Origin: Nemertoderma westbladi | Lineage: Eukaryota; Animalia; Xenacoelomorpha | Reading direction: 5' to 3' | Length of the DNA: 64,000 nt | Assembly: GCA_032718475.1 (NCBI GenBank) | Contig: JAUCBJ010001849.1 | Coordinates: 51,208-115,207, forward strand | Shown here: piece by piece, positions 62,461 through 64,000 of the stretch | Numbering within the stretch: position 1 is the first letter of the stretch | How the letters are laid out: each line of letters begins with the position of its first letter | Notes under the pieces: generated by a model | Seen by the model: only the letters and a program-made list of their open reading frames with translations | The model's database searches: none | What the model was told of the DNA's origin: nothing | Position numbers and translations under genes: made by a program

Positions 62461-64000
62461 TAAACCGGCATAAAAAATGTATTCTCATTAAATACTGCTC
62501 ATTTATTGGTTAACTCAAGTTGGCTTGTTTCCCAGCAACACTTGAGGTATTCAGTCAGCCTCGCTTGTAAGAGGCAGACTGCTGCTGCTGCTGGTAGCCA
62601 TCCATTCACTCACTCTCCATTGAACTGGCTGATTGGAGGTGTGTGTGTATCGGGTTCAATGACATTAATATTATTACTAAAGTAACTTCGGGATGTTAAT
62701 ATTCACTGGAGCTATGAGTCGAGTCTCTCTGGTTAGTTGAATGAATGAAATAAATAATTGTTTTACTGTTCCGAATATCAATGTTTATTTCTGTAGGCCA
62801 ACTTACTGTATTATTATTTAATCTAAATGTACATAATAGTTTAAATAAATTATTTCACAATTTCATTCCAATTCATACTGCTTACGCAACCATGCTAATT
62901 AGGTATATTAAATGGCAGGATTGTTTTTAATTAAAATTTTTACAGAGCAAACAAGTATATTGTATTTAACTGAAAGTTAATTTATTTCGGTAAGTAGGCC
63001 TTGCGGTTTGTTAGTTTAGTTAGTATAATAAGTATCAAATATATTACGTGCTGCTGTACAGTAAACGCGGCTTTGCGTTATTGAATTACAGAATTGGCGG
63101 TACAAAGTACATTAATAGGGATCAGGCATATTGCATTTATATAATTGTTGTTGTAAATGTACAATAATAAGCGCCACTTTTATTTTAGTAACTGAAATGT
63201 GTATTTCATTTGTACCTGCAACCCATTAAAAAGGGCAGCTGAACATATCGCGGACAGGCTGACTATTCACCATAACAAAAAAACCCAAATCGCCGCAGTT
63301 CCACTTACAGTTCCATATTATTCTGTTTTGCAATTCAACCCAATTTATCTGCTCTCTGCTACACGCGGTTTTATCCACGAGTTTTGTAAAGTCCCGACTT
63401 ATCGGGAATGACATGAACTTAGCGTCCGGAATATTCTGAACAGATTAAATCTACTTGGCGCTGTAATACTGCATCCCGTTGTACCAGAAGTTATTAAAAC
63501 ATACCGGCCCCTCAAATGCGCTTGCAGTGGGTTAGAGAACAACATATACCGCCCCAGTACAACCGCTATTTTGATAAGGTCCATAATATATAATATATAT
63601 ATATGGTCTAACATATGATAGTTCACTAATCAGCTAATAGGCCTATTAATTCGTGAGATTTCAATTTATAAATAAAACTAATATACGAGCTCATATGAGC
63701 TCAATTGATTGATTGATTGAAGGTATGACCGTTGTTGTGGGGGACTAGGTCTACCTGTCTAGCAGCTAATAACTCGTCCGTGGAGAGAATAATATAAGTC
63801 GAGGAACATAACGAAACGCGTTTAATTTATTTATTTATTCCAATTGGGGATGCTTTCTAACGCGGGAATGCGGTGCTATTAAACTTGATTGATTGGTGGT
63901 GTGAGTAAATTTCTCAAAACCTGATTTTGTGATACAGTCGCTTAATTTTAATTTGTATCTCATAACTGGGCCTCGTGCTGCGCGAAGGCCCCACGAACGT

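Noticed and set aside
63309-63414. Possible first coding exon of the BRICHOS gene (MSFPISRDF...IWN, donor T|GTAAGT)
   Set aside because: Splicing to the 61436 acceptor creates T+AA = stop. It would need another exon or a different acceptor, and there is no homology support.

Overview
Eukaryotic DNA, most likely from an invertebrate animal; the organism cannot be identified from this window. About two-thirds of it is tandem repeat, in at least 11 unrelated arrays with units of 21-67 bp. The unique sequence holds four things. (1) An intronless kinesin light chain CDS (7738-9564, -). (2) A decayed APE-RT non-LTR retrotransposon (~11520-17790, +) whose ORF1 carries a Ulp1/SENP-type (C48) SUMO-protease domain. 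(3) Non-autonomous Helentron/MITE-like elements. (4) An ITM2/BRI2-like BRICHOS gene on the - strand that the ORF track does not assemble. I reconstructed it by hand from five phase-consistent GT-AG exons spanning 26896-61436; its start exon is unresolved. One 28.2-kb intron of this gene is about 94% filled by a ~397-copy 67-bp satellite. Two small arrays inside the gene are tandem copies of exon-end plus 5' splice site, i.e. arrays of splice donors. The protein ends in a furin-releasable, cysteine-free 23-aa peptide. Hundreds of ORFs in the supplied track are translations of repeats.
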